A stretch of DNA of 64,000 bases from Candidatus Bathyarchaeota archaeon. Its GTDB lineage: Archaea; Thermoproteota; Bathyarchaeia; 40CM-2-53-6. Position numbers and translations under genes: made by a program. The stretch covers positions 77,634 to 141,633 of the forward strand of contig CAWJRR010000003.1 of the NCBI GenBank assembly GCA_963845275.1, read 5' to 3'. This document shows, piece by piece, positions 20,508-32,822 of the stretch. The notes under the pieces are model-generated. The model saw nothing but the letters and a program-made list of their open reading frames with translations, ran no database searches and was not told the DNA's origin. The stretch's first letter is position 1. Each line of letters starts with the position of its first letter.

Positions 20508-20698
20508 AGCGATTCGTCAGTGAGCAGCTATTCCATATGCCATTAGAGAACTGTCGAGTTGCGACACTGATCAAGTTTACTCAGCAATAAACAGGCTGCA
20601 AGATTGTTGCATGAATGCATAGATCACGTATAGAGTGATATGCACAGTACAAACATCACGCTGGTTAGACCTCGATAAACTAGGCGGCTCCCCTAAGT

Positions 20699-23096
<2,398 letters not shown>

Positions 23097-23259
23097 TTCA
23101 ACATAACTGTCGAAGACTTGCGGTGAACTAATTCTGAAGCAGAACATGTTACCCGTTTAAGCGCTTAAATTGACATTGATCGACGCTAGAAATCAGGTTA
23201 CCCACTTTTTTGCAAAGCTCGTTGAAAAAGAGGAAAAAAGGAAAAGGGAGTAGAGAGGT

Positions 23260-25422
23260 TTACGGATACAATGCTGCTGCGCTAGTCATGTAGACCCATA
23301 AGCCTTGTCCAGGTTGAATGGTCGTAGTGCTGGTCGCTCGAGTCCATGTCTGCCGGGTATTGTCGTAGATCCAGACATTGTTCGGGTCGTACTTAGCATT
23401 GATGCTGTTTAAGTAACCGCCTGTGCTAGGGAGGGCGTTCACCTGTTCTTGGCCCACCGTTGGTTGAGGTTTGAAGCCGATCAGGTTCCAACCGAGGGTC
23501 AGCGAGTAGCTGGGTGGACCTGCCGCTGGTGGAATCACGTAACCCGACACGTACAACATGTCGGGTCGAGTCATGTAAATCCAGTAACCGACTCCATCCT
23601 GCATAGTCGTCAGTCCACCTGAAAGAACTCCTGTGCTACTTAATGTCGCATACTTCCACGTACCAGCTTGGTACGTCCAGACCTTCGTGAAGTCTTTGGA
23701 ACCGATTAGATCTGCAAGCACTGTCTTGATCGCTGTGTTCGACGGAACGATTGGCAGGCTGATCAGATTCCAACCAGGAACTAGGCTGACATAGTAATTG
23801 GTCTGTGATAGGGCGCTTAGGTAGGTTTGGATGTCAGTTACAAAATGGGCAACGTCGAGTGTTCCCCAACCTGTTGTCAGGTCGTAGCCAGTTCCGGCAG
23901 AGAATCCTTCGAATGTCGACGTGGGCGGTAGGACGCCCGTGTTGTTGCCTTTTGTTATGTCATGGAACGAGTGGCTGTAAAGTGTGCTTTGGGCTAGGCT
24001 GTAGATTGCCGGGTTGATGAAGCCAGCAGGGCCTCCGTGGACCTGGTTCACTAATGCGACTATTGCAGCCATCGCTGGTGAGGCTGCGCTCGTGCCACCG
24101 AAAATCCACCAACCTTCGACGTCACTTGAGAAGGACAGATAGAGTAGTACGCCGCCGTCAACTGCCGCGTTAAATGAAACATCCGGATTCAACCTACCCG
24201 ACGCCGTCGCTGTTCCGCTAGGCAGCGTTGCAAAAGTGGCTGGCAAAGCTGACTGGTAGCCGGGCCTTCCGTAAAGAGTGCTCACTCCACCGCCGCTCGA
24301 AGAGCGATATCCAATGTAGTTGTATTCTTGCCAAGCACCTTCGCCTCCATAACCAGTGGGATTGCAGTCGGTGGGTAAGCCTGGCCAGTTGGAACTATTT
24401 GTGCATCCGAGGCTCCCAGCTTTCATTACAACTAGACCTGTGTTGCAGGTGCCTCCCGCGGCGCATGTCCAATATCCCCCCCATGCCGGACGATATTGGC
24501 CATTATATGGCAAGCCTTGCGTGCCGCCGACGGCTAGGTTGTACGGATTCGTTGCTGGCCAACTTGGAGTCAGCTCACTAGTTCCCACGTACGAGTAAGC
24601 CTCGTTTGCGCCATCGTCACCAGTCGAAGCCAACACAGTCCACTGGTTGAGAGTCGCATTCCGGTATATGTCGTCAGCTATCGCTTTGATAGTGGGATCG
24701 CGATTGGTACATGGATAGTTGTCGCAGCCGACCAGATCATCCGGTTGGCCGAAGCTCTGTGACATTATGCTGCCCCTAAGACTTGGCTGCGTAACAACCG
24801 CGAGCTCAGCAGCGTGAAAGCTCGTCCACATATCGTCATTGGAAATGACGAAGACTATGTTTGCGCCAGGAGCAAGCGCATGGGCCATTGTTACGTCAAG
24901 TGTAGTTTCCTCTGCCCATCCCACTTGGTCTCCATTGGTAGCGTCGAACACGGGGCAACTGTCTAAAGTAGCGTTACCCGTCCAAGTTGGACCGCAGAGT
25001 ATCTTGAAACTGGGGGGTGCAGATATGCTAAAGCTTCCATCGAAAATAGCCAAGTCGCTTTGTATTGTCGGGCTGCCAAAAGCGTCTACTATGATAATTG
25101 TTTGACCAGTTCCGTCGATCGCGCCGGATCCAGTGCTGCCCGGAAAGTCGTAGGCCGTCCTTAGGAAGTTGGGGGGGTAACACAATATGGTGCCCCCACC
25201 TGACAATTGGCAGAATGGAGCTCCGCCGGTCGGCGTAGCTGGGTTGAATATGCTTGACGGATTAAACGACGAGATCAATCTAGCATGTGGTGGCTGGGCG
25301 ATGACGTTTCCATGCCACGTCGAAGGTGTTTGCGCTTGTACGTGAATTAAGCTGAATGCGTTCGATGTGCTCGCTATGATTAGTAATCCTATTGCGATTA
25401 TTGTTACCAGAAATTTTTTCAT
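23260..25422 (-). CDS. Intact secreted S53 (sedolisin-family) serine-carboxyl peptidase with a duplicated C-terminal beta-sandwich-like domain.
   Basis: Signal peptide. GTGQTIIIVDAFGSPTIQSDL, ETTLDVTMAHALAPGA, GGTSAASPAMAAIVALV. The C-terminal roughly 200 aa contains two GWNLI(S/G) repeats and ends QPGQGLWVYMTSAAALYP. Confidence 0.85.
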   Translation of the reverse strand: MKKFLVTIIAIGLLIIASTSNAFSLIHVQAQTPSTWHGNVIAQPPHARLISSFNPSSIFNPATPTGGAPFCQLSGGGTILCYPPNFLRTAYDFPGSTGSGAIDGTGQTIIIVDAFGSPTIQSDLAIFDGSFSISAPPSFKILCGPTWTGNATLDSCPVFDATNGDQVGWAEETTLDVTMAHALAPGANIVFVISNDDMWTSFHAAELAVVTQPSLRGSIMSQSFGQPDDLVGCDNYPCTNRDPTIKAIADDIYRNATLNQWTVLASTGDDGANEAYSYVGTSELTPSWPATNPYNLAVGGTQGLPYNGQYRPAWGGYWTCAAGGTCNTGLVVMKAGSLGCTNSSNWPGLPTDCNPTGYGGEGAWQEYNYIGYRSSSGGGVSTLYGRPGYQSALPATFATLPSGTATASGRLNPDVSFNAAVDGGVLLYLSFSSDVEGWWIFGGTSAASPAMAAIVALVNQVHGGPAGFINPAIYSLAQSTLYSHSFHDITKGNNTGVLPPTSTFEGFSAGTGYDLTTGWGTLDVAHFVTDIQTYLSALSQTNYYVSLVPGWNLISLPIVPSNTAIKTVLADLIGSKDFTKVWTYQAGTWKYATLSSTGVLSGGLTTMQDGVGYWIYMTRPDMLYVSGYVIPPAAGPPSYSLTLGWNLIGFKPQPTVGQEQVNALPSTGGYLNSINAKYDPNNVWIYDNTRQTWTRATSTTTIQPGQGLWVYMTSAAALYP

Positions 25423-25459
25423 TGGGCTCTAAACCCAATCAAACGTCTTCGGCGATTGA

Positions 25460-25536
25460 CGATACTTAACAATACTAAACACAATACTTAACACAAGACC
25501 GTAGCACAACGTAATACTTAACACGATACTTGACAG
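25460..25536. promoter_or_regulatory. Five tandem copies of an ATACTTAACA-like decamer in the divergent intergenic region between the S53 peptidase gene and the 25674 gene.
   Basis: gATACTTAACA / ATACTAAACA / cAATACTTAACAca / gtAATACTTAACAc / gATACTTGACA, at 10-12 bp and then 30 bp spacing. Confidence 0.4.
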
Positions 25537-25673
25537 CTAAAGTCAGGTACGAATGCATTTTTATTCACGAAAACTATCAAGCTGTTCTAAAGACTAGGCT
25601 TAACAGACTTTCGTCCTATTCACTACTGGAGATAAACGGGTTGCCTAGACGTACCTCGTGCGTCCCACCTGTT

Positions 25674-26213
25674 ATGAGAGCATGGCTAGTCGTGGCGTTC
25701 GCAGTGGTGTTGGTTGCCCCAGCAGTCTTCGGATCTGTTCCGTTTGAGAATCATCAATGCAGTCTGCTAGTGCTGCGTTCGGACAAGGACGCTTACTCAG
25801 TCGGAGAATCTGTGAACATAACGGTGAGCTACGCTCCGGTCCTTCTAGGCTGCGTTGAATCGATGATTGCCCACGATTACGTGATTAAAATTCAGATACT
25901 GAACAGCAGAGGAAACGAAGAGTATTCTTCCACACATGTCACGACAGGTAATCTTACGACCCATGAAACTTGGGTGCCAGCCAAAGAAGACAACTACACT
26001 ATCCTAGCGTCCTCTTGGCTGAGGCTGGCTGGAGGTCAATCGATGGTAAAGGAGTTGGAAGCGTCAAAGATGATTCAGGTCGAAGGCGCTTCGGAGTCAT
26101 TGACGCCTCCCTCGATTGGGTTGGGCGTAATCGTGATCCTTGTAGTTACAATGAGTTACTTCTTGTTCAGGCATGCCTCAAGCAAACGTCAGTCGTCACA
26201 ACAGCAGGCGTAA
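25674..26213 (+). CDS. Secreted protein with a signal peptide and a C-terminal TM anchor.
   Basis: MRAWLVVAFAVVLVAPAVFG signal. C-terminal GVIVILVVTMSYFLFRH anchor. The ORF-track start at 25530 is probably over-extended. Confidence 0.45.
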   Translation: MRAWLVVAFAVVLVAPAVFGSVPFENHQCSLLVLRSDKDAYSVGESVNITVSYAPVLLGCVESMIAHDYVIKIQILNSRGNEEYSSTHVTTGNLTTHETWVPAKEDNYTILASSWLRLAGGQSMVKELEASKMIQVEGASESLTPPSIGLGVIVILVVTMSYFLFRHASSKRQSSQQQA

Positions 26214-26328
26214 GCTAGTACTTGCATTTTCCTCAAAGAGCCAAAGCTGCTTAGATAATCTCATCAAGTAATTAAAACGCACAAATTGTTAAGTAACCCT
26301 AGACGCGTTCCTCATTGCACGATGCAAC

Positions 26329-26916
26329 TTGAAAAATATAATCACAGTCGTGGCGCTCCTAGTAATCGCTGTTATCGGATTCTCGGCAACGAATTATTCG
26401 ATTAAGAATGCTTACGGGTTTGAACCGGCCGGGTTGGGTCCACCGATGGTGTTTTCTGGTAACGTGTACGTGAACGGACTTGCAGCTCCTGATGGGTTGA
26501 ATGTTACTGCTTGGGATAGCTCTGTTAGTTCTAGTCAGGCTGTTGGATCTGTTCTAACGAGCGATGGACAATACTCCAACTTGCTAGTGTGCGGGCAACC
26601 AAGTCAGAACTGCAATAACGGGGACACGATTACCTTCAAACTCAACAATCAACTCACCGCCAACACGACCGGAACATACAGTACAGGTGGAACACAAACA
26701 CTCAACCTCCACTTCACCGGTACCATATCGCAGGCGCAAGCCACAACAACGACCTCAGCACAAACCACTCCAGTTCAAACTACGCAATCCGCAACCCTGG
26801 TCACAGTAGTATCCACTGTTACTACGCCGGAGTATCAGGACTTCGCCATCATATCTCTTGCAGCACTCCTCATAACTCTGGGCATCATAGCGGTCAGAAA
26901 ACAGACAACAACATAG
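26329..26916 (+). CDS. Secreted protein with a Thr-rich linker and a C-terminal TM anchor (TTG start).
   Basis: Signal-anchor IITVVALLVIAVIGFSA. A T/Q-rich stalk. C-terminal FAIISLAALLITLGIIAVRK. Confidence 0.45.
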   Translation: MKNIITVVALLVIAVIGFSATNYSIKNAYGFEPAGLGPPMVFSGNVYVNGLAAPDGLNVTAWDSSVSSSQAVGSVLTSDGQYSNLLVCGQPSQNCNNGDTITFKLNNQLTANTTGTYSTGGTQTLNLHFTGTISQAQATTTTSAQTTPVQTTQSATLVTVVSTVTTPEYQDFAIISLAALLITLGIIAVRKQTTT

Positions 26917-27302
26917 AATAGACTCGTGAAGAGTAATTTTGCCAGGTTTCAACTATTTGTAGATCTGTGCTGACTTAGTCTGGGCATGCGCTGTGGATCC
27001 TGATTACTGCGCCAGCCACACTTACTATAGCAAGATCGTAGCCCAAGCAGTCAAGAAGGCACAACTCCGCACCAGTCTTTCCACACGCAAAGATTGAGCG
27101 TCCTTACTGTGACTATGATGGTCAAGAATCGTGGCGTCGGAGCTATAGAAACGCGGACAGATGCACGTTGCCGTCCTGTAAGTGTGAAAGGTAACGTTAG
27201 GCGTGAGATGGTCGTGAGAGGGGCAGAATCCAGCGTGAATTGGTTGGGTTTGGACAAGAAATGTAACAAAAGCGAGAAATTCCAAAATCAATCAGGGCCA
27301 GA

Positions 27303-30247
27303 TTGTTCGCTTTGTCTCTGAGAGTTCTCTCCGCAATTCTCTTAATCATTGGCGTTCTTAGCCAGTCGTATCTGGGCACAATCATCGTTCAAGGCAGGTC
27401 GCTGACTTGTCCTTCTGGTCAGACAAGTCCACAATCCGCTAAGATGTACGCGTTTACCTCTGATCCACAAACATGGATCAGAACCTATGGTGGATCAGAG
27501 TTTGAAGCAACTGACGATCTAATCGTCACTAATGATGGGGGATACGCTGAGCTTGCTTACACGAGTTCGTTCGGTGCTGGGGGTTTGACATTTGGGTCTT
27601 GAAGCTCGACAATGCGGGGAATGTTGTTTGGCAAAACACCGCTGGCGGTACCGGGGACGATGTTGGAAGTTCAATTGTGCAGACCTCTGATGGAGGGTAC
27701 GTTATCGGTGGTTCGAGTAACTCTCCATGGTCCCTTGGAAGTTACGACGGATTTGTATTGAAGCTTGATGCCTCCGGGCACGTAGCGTGGACGCAGACAT
27801 ATGGTGGATCGGCTTATGACGAAATAAATGCGATCAGGCAGACCTCGGATGGTGGTTACATTGCTGTCGGCGATGCCAATTCAGACCTCTGGGTACTCAG
27901 GCTTGATAGCAGCGGAAATATACTTTGGCAGAAGGCAATGGGCGGCACCGGGAACGATTCAGCATATGATGTGCGAGCAACATCTGATGGAGGGTTCATT
28001 GTTGCAGGTGTGACATCTTCCTTCGGTGCTGGTGGTTCGGAACGTGGGTCATTAAACTGAATTCGAGCGGTGGGATTGTTTGGCAGAAAACCTACGGAGG
28101 GACAGGCGACGATGATGCAGAGTGGATTCAACAAACAAGTGATAATGGATATTTCGTTACAGGTCAAACAAGTTCATTCGGTAGCGGAAACGGTGACGCA
28201 TGGGTTCTGAAGCTCGACAGTAACGGAAACGTGGTTTGGCGAAAAACGTATGGAGGTTCGGGAACCGATTTTCTGCTATCAGCCCAACAGACTACAGACG
28301 GAGGGTACGTATTGGCTGGAAGAACCACTTCATTCGGAGCAGGAGCGCTTGATGGCTGGGTTATCAAACTTGATTCCTCCGGGAATGTCGCATGGCAAAG
28401 AACGTACGGAGGATCCAACGTGGACCGTCTTGCCATCGTGAGACAGACTGCTGATGACGGTTCGTAGTTTCGGGACGGACATCATCGTTCGGAACGGCTA
28501 GTGATGACCCGCACGCAGACTTATGGATGCTGAAACTCAACTCAGACGGGACCACCTGCATTCGAAGTGGAAGCGTTACCGCTCCAGGTCAGGATACGCA
28601 TGTGACAGTTCATCCTCGAGTGCGAGTGCCTATGGCCCTGATGAGGGAGAGAATCCCATTACGGGCATCTCACCATCGAGTACCTCTGCGACAGTAATTA
28701 CAGTGTGTACCGGACAGTCATCCGGACAGTCATCTATTGCGGTTCAGGCCAATTTCCAGACGAGACTGAACTTCCTGAAGAATCCGTTTGCGACCGTCGA
28801 GAGTGCAACTACATACATAACTAACTTCGACACTAGCAGTGGATTACCCACGGCTGATTTTGGAACCATACCAATCGCCCTGACAATCACCAATAAGGGT
28901 ACGATAGCTGCCCAGTACATAACCGCAGACGTTACACTCCAAGGACAATTGAGTCTTGATCAGCCTGATTCATTCTCAGGAACGATTGACCCCTCAAAGA
29001 CATATGACTATAACGATTCAAACTCGGGGCTTCCGATTGAATCATCGGTGATGACCTACTATTCAATCGGAGCTGGGCAGACTGTTTCTGCATTCGTCAA
29101 CGTTCCTGTTAGGCATGCGAGTGTTGCCGCTGGATACCTTAACCTGCCGCAGGCGTCAAACGTGCAACTTCTTCTTGAGACACTCTCCATATCCAAGGTT
29201 ACCATAGTCGTCCACTCAAACAATCTAGGTCAGGGATCGACAACAATCGACAACCCTGATGTCGTGATAGTAGAGGACCCTTGGGACATCCTCCGATCAT
29301 ACAAATCAGCCGTCGTCGGACTTATTCAAGACGCGGCTATGAAACAGGCCATAGAAACCTACGCGGACATTGTCGGCATCCCCTTGATTCCACCGGACAC
29401 TTACAAATCCCCAGAACACCCCTGAAACCATTTCTTTCACGATCGAGAACAACATTGCCCAGTACGCAAGTTACCTATTCATTGCAGGCTCCTATGTGGT
29501 TACGGCCTATTACCTAATTGTAGGAGTAGGGCTAGAGGCGATAACCGTGCCAGGCACACAACTAGCCCCTGGACGATGGGGGATAGCCTTGAACAATCCC
29601 CCTGCTGGACCCGCCCAGATCACTATTGATTCCACCTCCAGTTTAGCAATAGCGTCTGCATATCTGATTGATTACGAGAATTCGTCACCGGAGACAACCT
29701 AACTCTAACGGTTTATCTCGACCCACGCTCCCCTAACTCGCAGGTTCTTGGCGTTCCGCTCCAAACCGGTTCAATTCTATCTCATTGCCAATCGTCCCGA
29801 ACAATAATGCAATATCCAGTGTTCTCGCATCACAAATATCGTCAAAGACCGTAGGCGCGGTGTGGGGTTACACTGGAACACCACCGCATGGAAGTACTTC
29901 ACGCCGGGAAAGTCTAGCACGCTAGCAACTATGGTTGACGGTACTGGTTATTGGATATACATGACGAAAGCGAATGTTCTCCATGTTAACGGCACGATAA
30001 TTCCAACCGGTCTAACTCCCCCAACCTACTCACTGGTTGCCGGCTGAACCTTGTCGGCTTCAAACCTCAACCAGACATTGCCAACGAAACAGTAGGTGCT
30101 TATCTGACAAGTGTTACAGGAAAATACGATCCTACTAGCGTATGGGTCTATGATAATACAAGTCAATCTTGGATTCGAGCAGACTCATCCTAAGTGCTTC
30201 AGCCCGGACAGGGAATGTGGATTCTCATGACTGCACCAGCCACACTT
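27303..30247 (+). pseudogene. Large SBBP-repeat beta-propeller surface protein whose C-terminal domain is homologous to the S53 C-terminal domain. It is disrupted by at least five frame changes and an in-frame TAA.
   Basis: About eight repeats of TYGG(S/T)xxDxxxxxxQTSDGGY(V/I)xxGxTxSFGAGGxDxWVLKLDSSGNxxWQKTYGG spread over three frames (27303-28500). A Ser-rich linker and middle domain (28523-29425). C-terminal WKYFTPG...GYWIYMTKANVLHVNG...LVAG, then a 1-nt shift, then LNLVGFKPQP...SWIRADSS, then TAA at 30191-30193, then VLQPGQGMWILMTAPATLRP. Confidence 0.65.
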
Positions 30248-30507
30248 AGACCATAGCAATCGTAGCCCAAGCTTCAAGTAGTCAAGAAGGCACAACTATC
30301 AAGGTGTCAATTTCACTACAAATTGCGGAGGATATTGAACTCCCGATCTATTCGCTGAATCTTTGCGTGTGGAAAGACTGGTGCGGTGAACCAGCTTTGA
30401 AGCAAATGGCGTCATCGATTTAACGCCTTAAATCGACATCGGTTTAAGTCCACGCTCGCAACAAATTCGAGTACAAACAGCGAATTATTTGCCAGCCTCT
30501 ATTATCG

Positions 30508-30612
30508 TGGAGCCCCGGGCGGGGTTTGAACCCGCGACCTTCGCCTCTTCGATCTACGCGCTACCAAGGCGGCGCTCTTGGCAGATTTTCTACCAGGCTG
30601 AGCCACCGGGGC
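30508..30612 (-). tRNA. tRNA-Thr(GGU) with two introns (D-loop and anticodon region); CCA encoded.
   Basis: Reverse complement: GCCCCGG-TG-GCTC-AGCCTGGTAGA[aaatctgccaa]GAGC-G-CCGCC-TTGGTAG[cgcgtagatcgaaga]GGCGA-AGGTC-GCGGG-TTCAAAC-CCCGC-CCGGGGC-T-CCA. The acceptor and T stems are perfect. Confidence 0.7.
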
Positions 30613-30671
30613 AATGAACGGCAGCGATACGGGAAATCCTGATCTTTAACCTTGATGCCTTGTACCCTTGA

Positions 30672-31686
30672 CTATAGTTCCTTTGCCGTCTTCGTCGTTG
30701 TCGATATACTCCATATCGCGTGTGACTTCCCTCGAAGAAGATCAACGCCTGCAAAAAAGTGTGCGGCCAGTTCAAGCAGCACTGTAGAGAGACCGCTTCG
30801 AACGCTGCCGTGTAACGCGAAGTATTCAACGAGAATTCGGAGAGTCACGACGGGTCGAACCAGCGCGGAGTAGAACAGGAACTGTGAAAAGTGCCCTGTT
30901 ATATCATGGACTTGATAATGTCCCGCTATAATTCGCCTTCTCTGCTGAATATAGTCTCCAACCGTTTGGGGACCCAGCACACCTACTTGTGATTGTCGCG
31001 TGTACTTGATTTTGTAACCGAGACTCTTCGTCCTGACTGCAATGTACGCATCGTCATTCACCAGATCAGATGGAATTCCTGTTACGAGTCCTCTTCTGAG
31101 GCAGAAAATCTCGCTCGCATGCATCAACAATCCAGCATCATTTAGCTTCTCTAACTGCCAATTATGAAACCCCCATAGCGTATCGACGATACCTCGGATC
31201 AACGGGCGGCCTCTCCGTACGGGAACCGGTTGGCCGCATGAAATACCTACCGTAGAGTCAGCCATTGGTTTGAGCAGTGCGATCAAACAGTTGGGTTGAG
31301 GGATGACGTCGGCTGAAAGAAATGCAATGATTTCCCCTTTTGCCTTGGCAAGAATCAAGTTGACGGCAGACGCTTTCCCCAGTCTAGTGGGCTCTTCAAC
31401 TAGTCTCACTCGTTTGTCTCGCGCCGCGAACTCCTTTACGATATCCGGCGTAGAATCATGGCAGCCTGAACAAACGACGATTACTTCCGAATCACTGGGG
31501 AATTCCTTGCTCCAGAGTGATGTTTCTGAGTAATCCTCGCATGTTCCACGCTTCGTTGTACGCGCAAATTCCAACAGTCAGCACCGTCAAGGCCTTCACG
31601 CTATTGCTGTTCCTGCCAGAGCTGCCGAAGCCACCTATAGAAGTTGGACGTGTAAACACAAGAATTCCTAGAAAGGAGAGGATCAA
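30672..31686 (-). CDS. Family-2 glycosyltransferase with an apparent frame shift near the 5' end.
   Basis: N-terminal fragment (31492-31686) reads LTVLTVGICAYNEAWN. The main frame (30672-31574) reads SEVIVVCSGCHDSTPDIVKEF...GKASAVNLILAKAKGEIIAFLSADVIP, a GT2 pattern. The two overlap for about 80 nt. Confidence 0.65.
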
Positions 31687-32560
31687 ACAGCCGCATGCGC
31701 TGCCCGTGCGATTGCAATTTAAGGTTCGTCAAATATGCACGAAGTCGAAGATACCGACTTAGCATTAAAAACGCGAATGCATCTGCCCAATCAAGAACGA
31801 TAGGAATTTCCGGCGTTCTATCCATTTTTCGATCGGAGCTTGGGAGACTTTTCAGCTTAGCTTGGTAAGAAGCCGCATGCAACTGCTGTACCCAACCATT
31901 CTCCTCTAATAATCGTCGATAATGGCTCTTTCCTACAAGTGGAACAGCTTTGAGAAGCTCACGAGCGAATAGTGGGTTAACACTTTTGCGTGTTTCATTT
32001 CGAAACCCGTGCTCATCGTGTACGTAGCTCATGCAGAACGGCAGAAGATGTGTGGGCTGGACGCGCAGCGTTTTGAATACTCGCACGAGAACCAACGCAA
32101 AAAAGATTGAAAGCCACAATCGATTCCGTCTTGTAATGATGAAGAGGTCAATGTCATCACGCTTCCCAGCACTCCCGTAGGCCACACTGCCAGTTACCGC
32201 TATCATCATAACCCATGGAATCAGTCGGGTCAAAGAAGAAGCAAATTCACCTGCAGACATCAGTTTCTGTGCAGAGATTGATTCCCGGATTAAACGAACG
32301 TGCGGATTCTGATCTGGTCTGGTTAACAGGCAATCATCTTCTATCTTGAATGGAACATCTTTGAAGTCACCATCGAGAATCATTTGACGCAGTTCATTTC
32401 CTGAAATGTCCGCTCCTGGCAAAAAGAAATCCGCAACCTCGTTCAAAGTGAATGGAAAATCAAGGTAGGATGACACCTGATATACAGTAACTAAGCTGCG
32501 GTGTAGATTCTCATCTACCGACTGTTTCATCGAAGCTTCCAACATTAACTCTCCATGCAC
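31601..32560 (-). CDS. Hypothetical protein with a pol-beta-superfamily nucleotidyltransferase-like motif.
   Basis: 319 aa. GSVAYGSAGKRDDIDLFIITRRN resembles the G-S...D-x-D minimal nucleotidyltransferase signature. Confidence 0.35.
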   Translation of the reverse strand: MHGELMLEASMKQSVDENLHRSLVTVYQVSSYLDFPFTLNEVADFFLPGADISGNELRQMILDGDFKDVPFKIEDDCLLTRPDQNPHVRLIRESISAQKLMSAGEFASSLTRLIPWVMMIAVTGSVAYGSAGKRDDIDLFIITRRNRLWLSIFFALVLVRVFKTLRVQPTHLLPFCMSYVHDEHGFRNETRKSVNPLFARELLKAVPLVGKSHYRRLLEENGWVQQLHAASYQAKLKSLPSSDRKMDRTPEIPIVLDWADAFAFLMLSRYLRLRAYLTNLKLQSHGQRMRLFDPLLSRNSCVYTSNFYRWLRQLWQEQQ

Positions 32561-32822
32561 CTTCGAGCATTTGCTAAATGGCTACTACACGTGTAGTAAG
32601 TGATTGCGCTCCATATTTATCTATTTAGCTTACAATGCAAGTTTCGCTTACAATGCAAGCTATCAGTCAAACAAATGTTATCTTCCAATCCCGTAATACT
32701 CTCTACAAAATGAGGATACCGTAACCAGGAGAGCGGCCAAGAACAGCTTGAGGCGATGCATAAATCGTGAACAAACTTAACTCTCAGTCATTAATTCAAC
32801 TTTGAAACCTCCGGACTGATTC

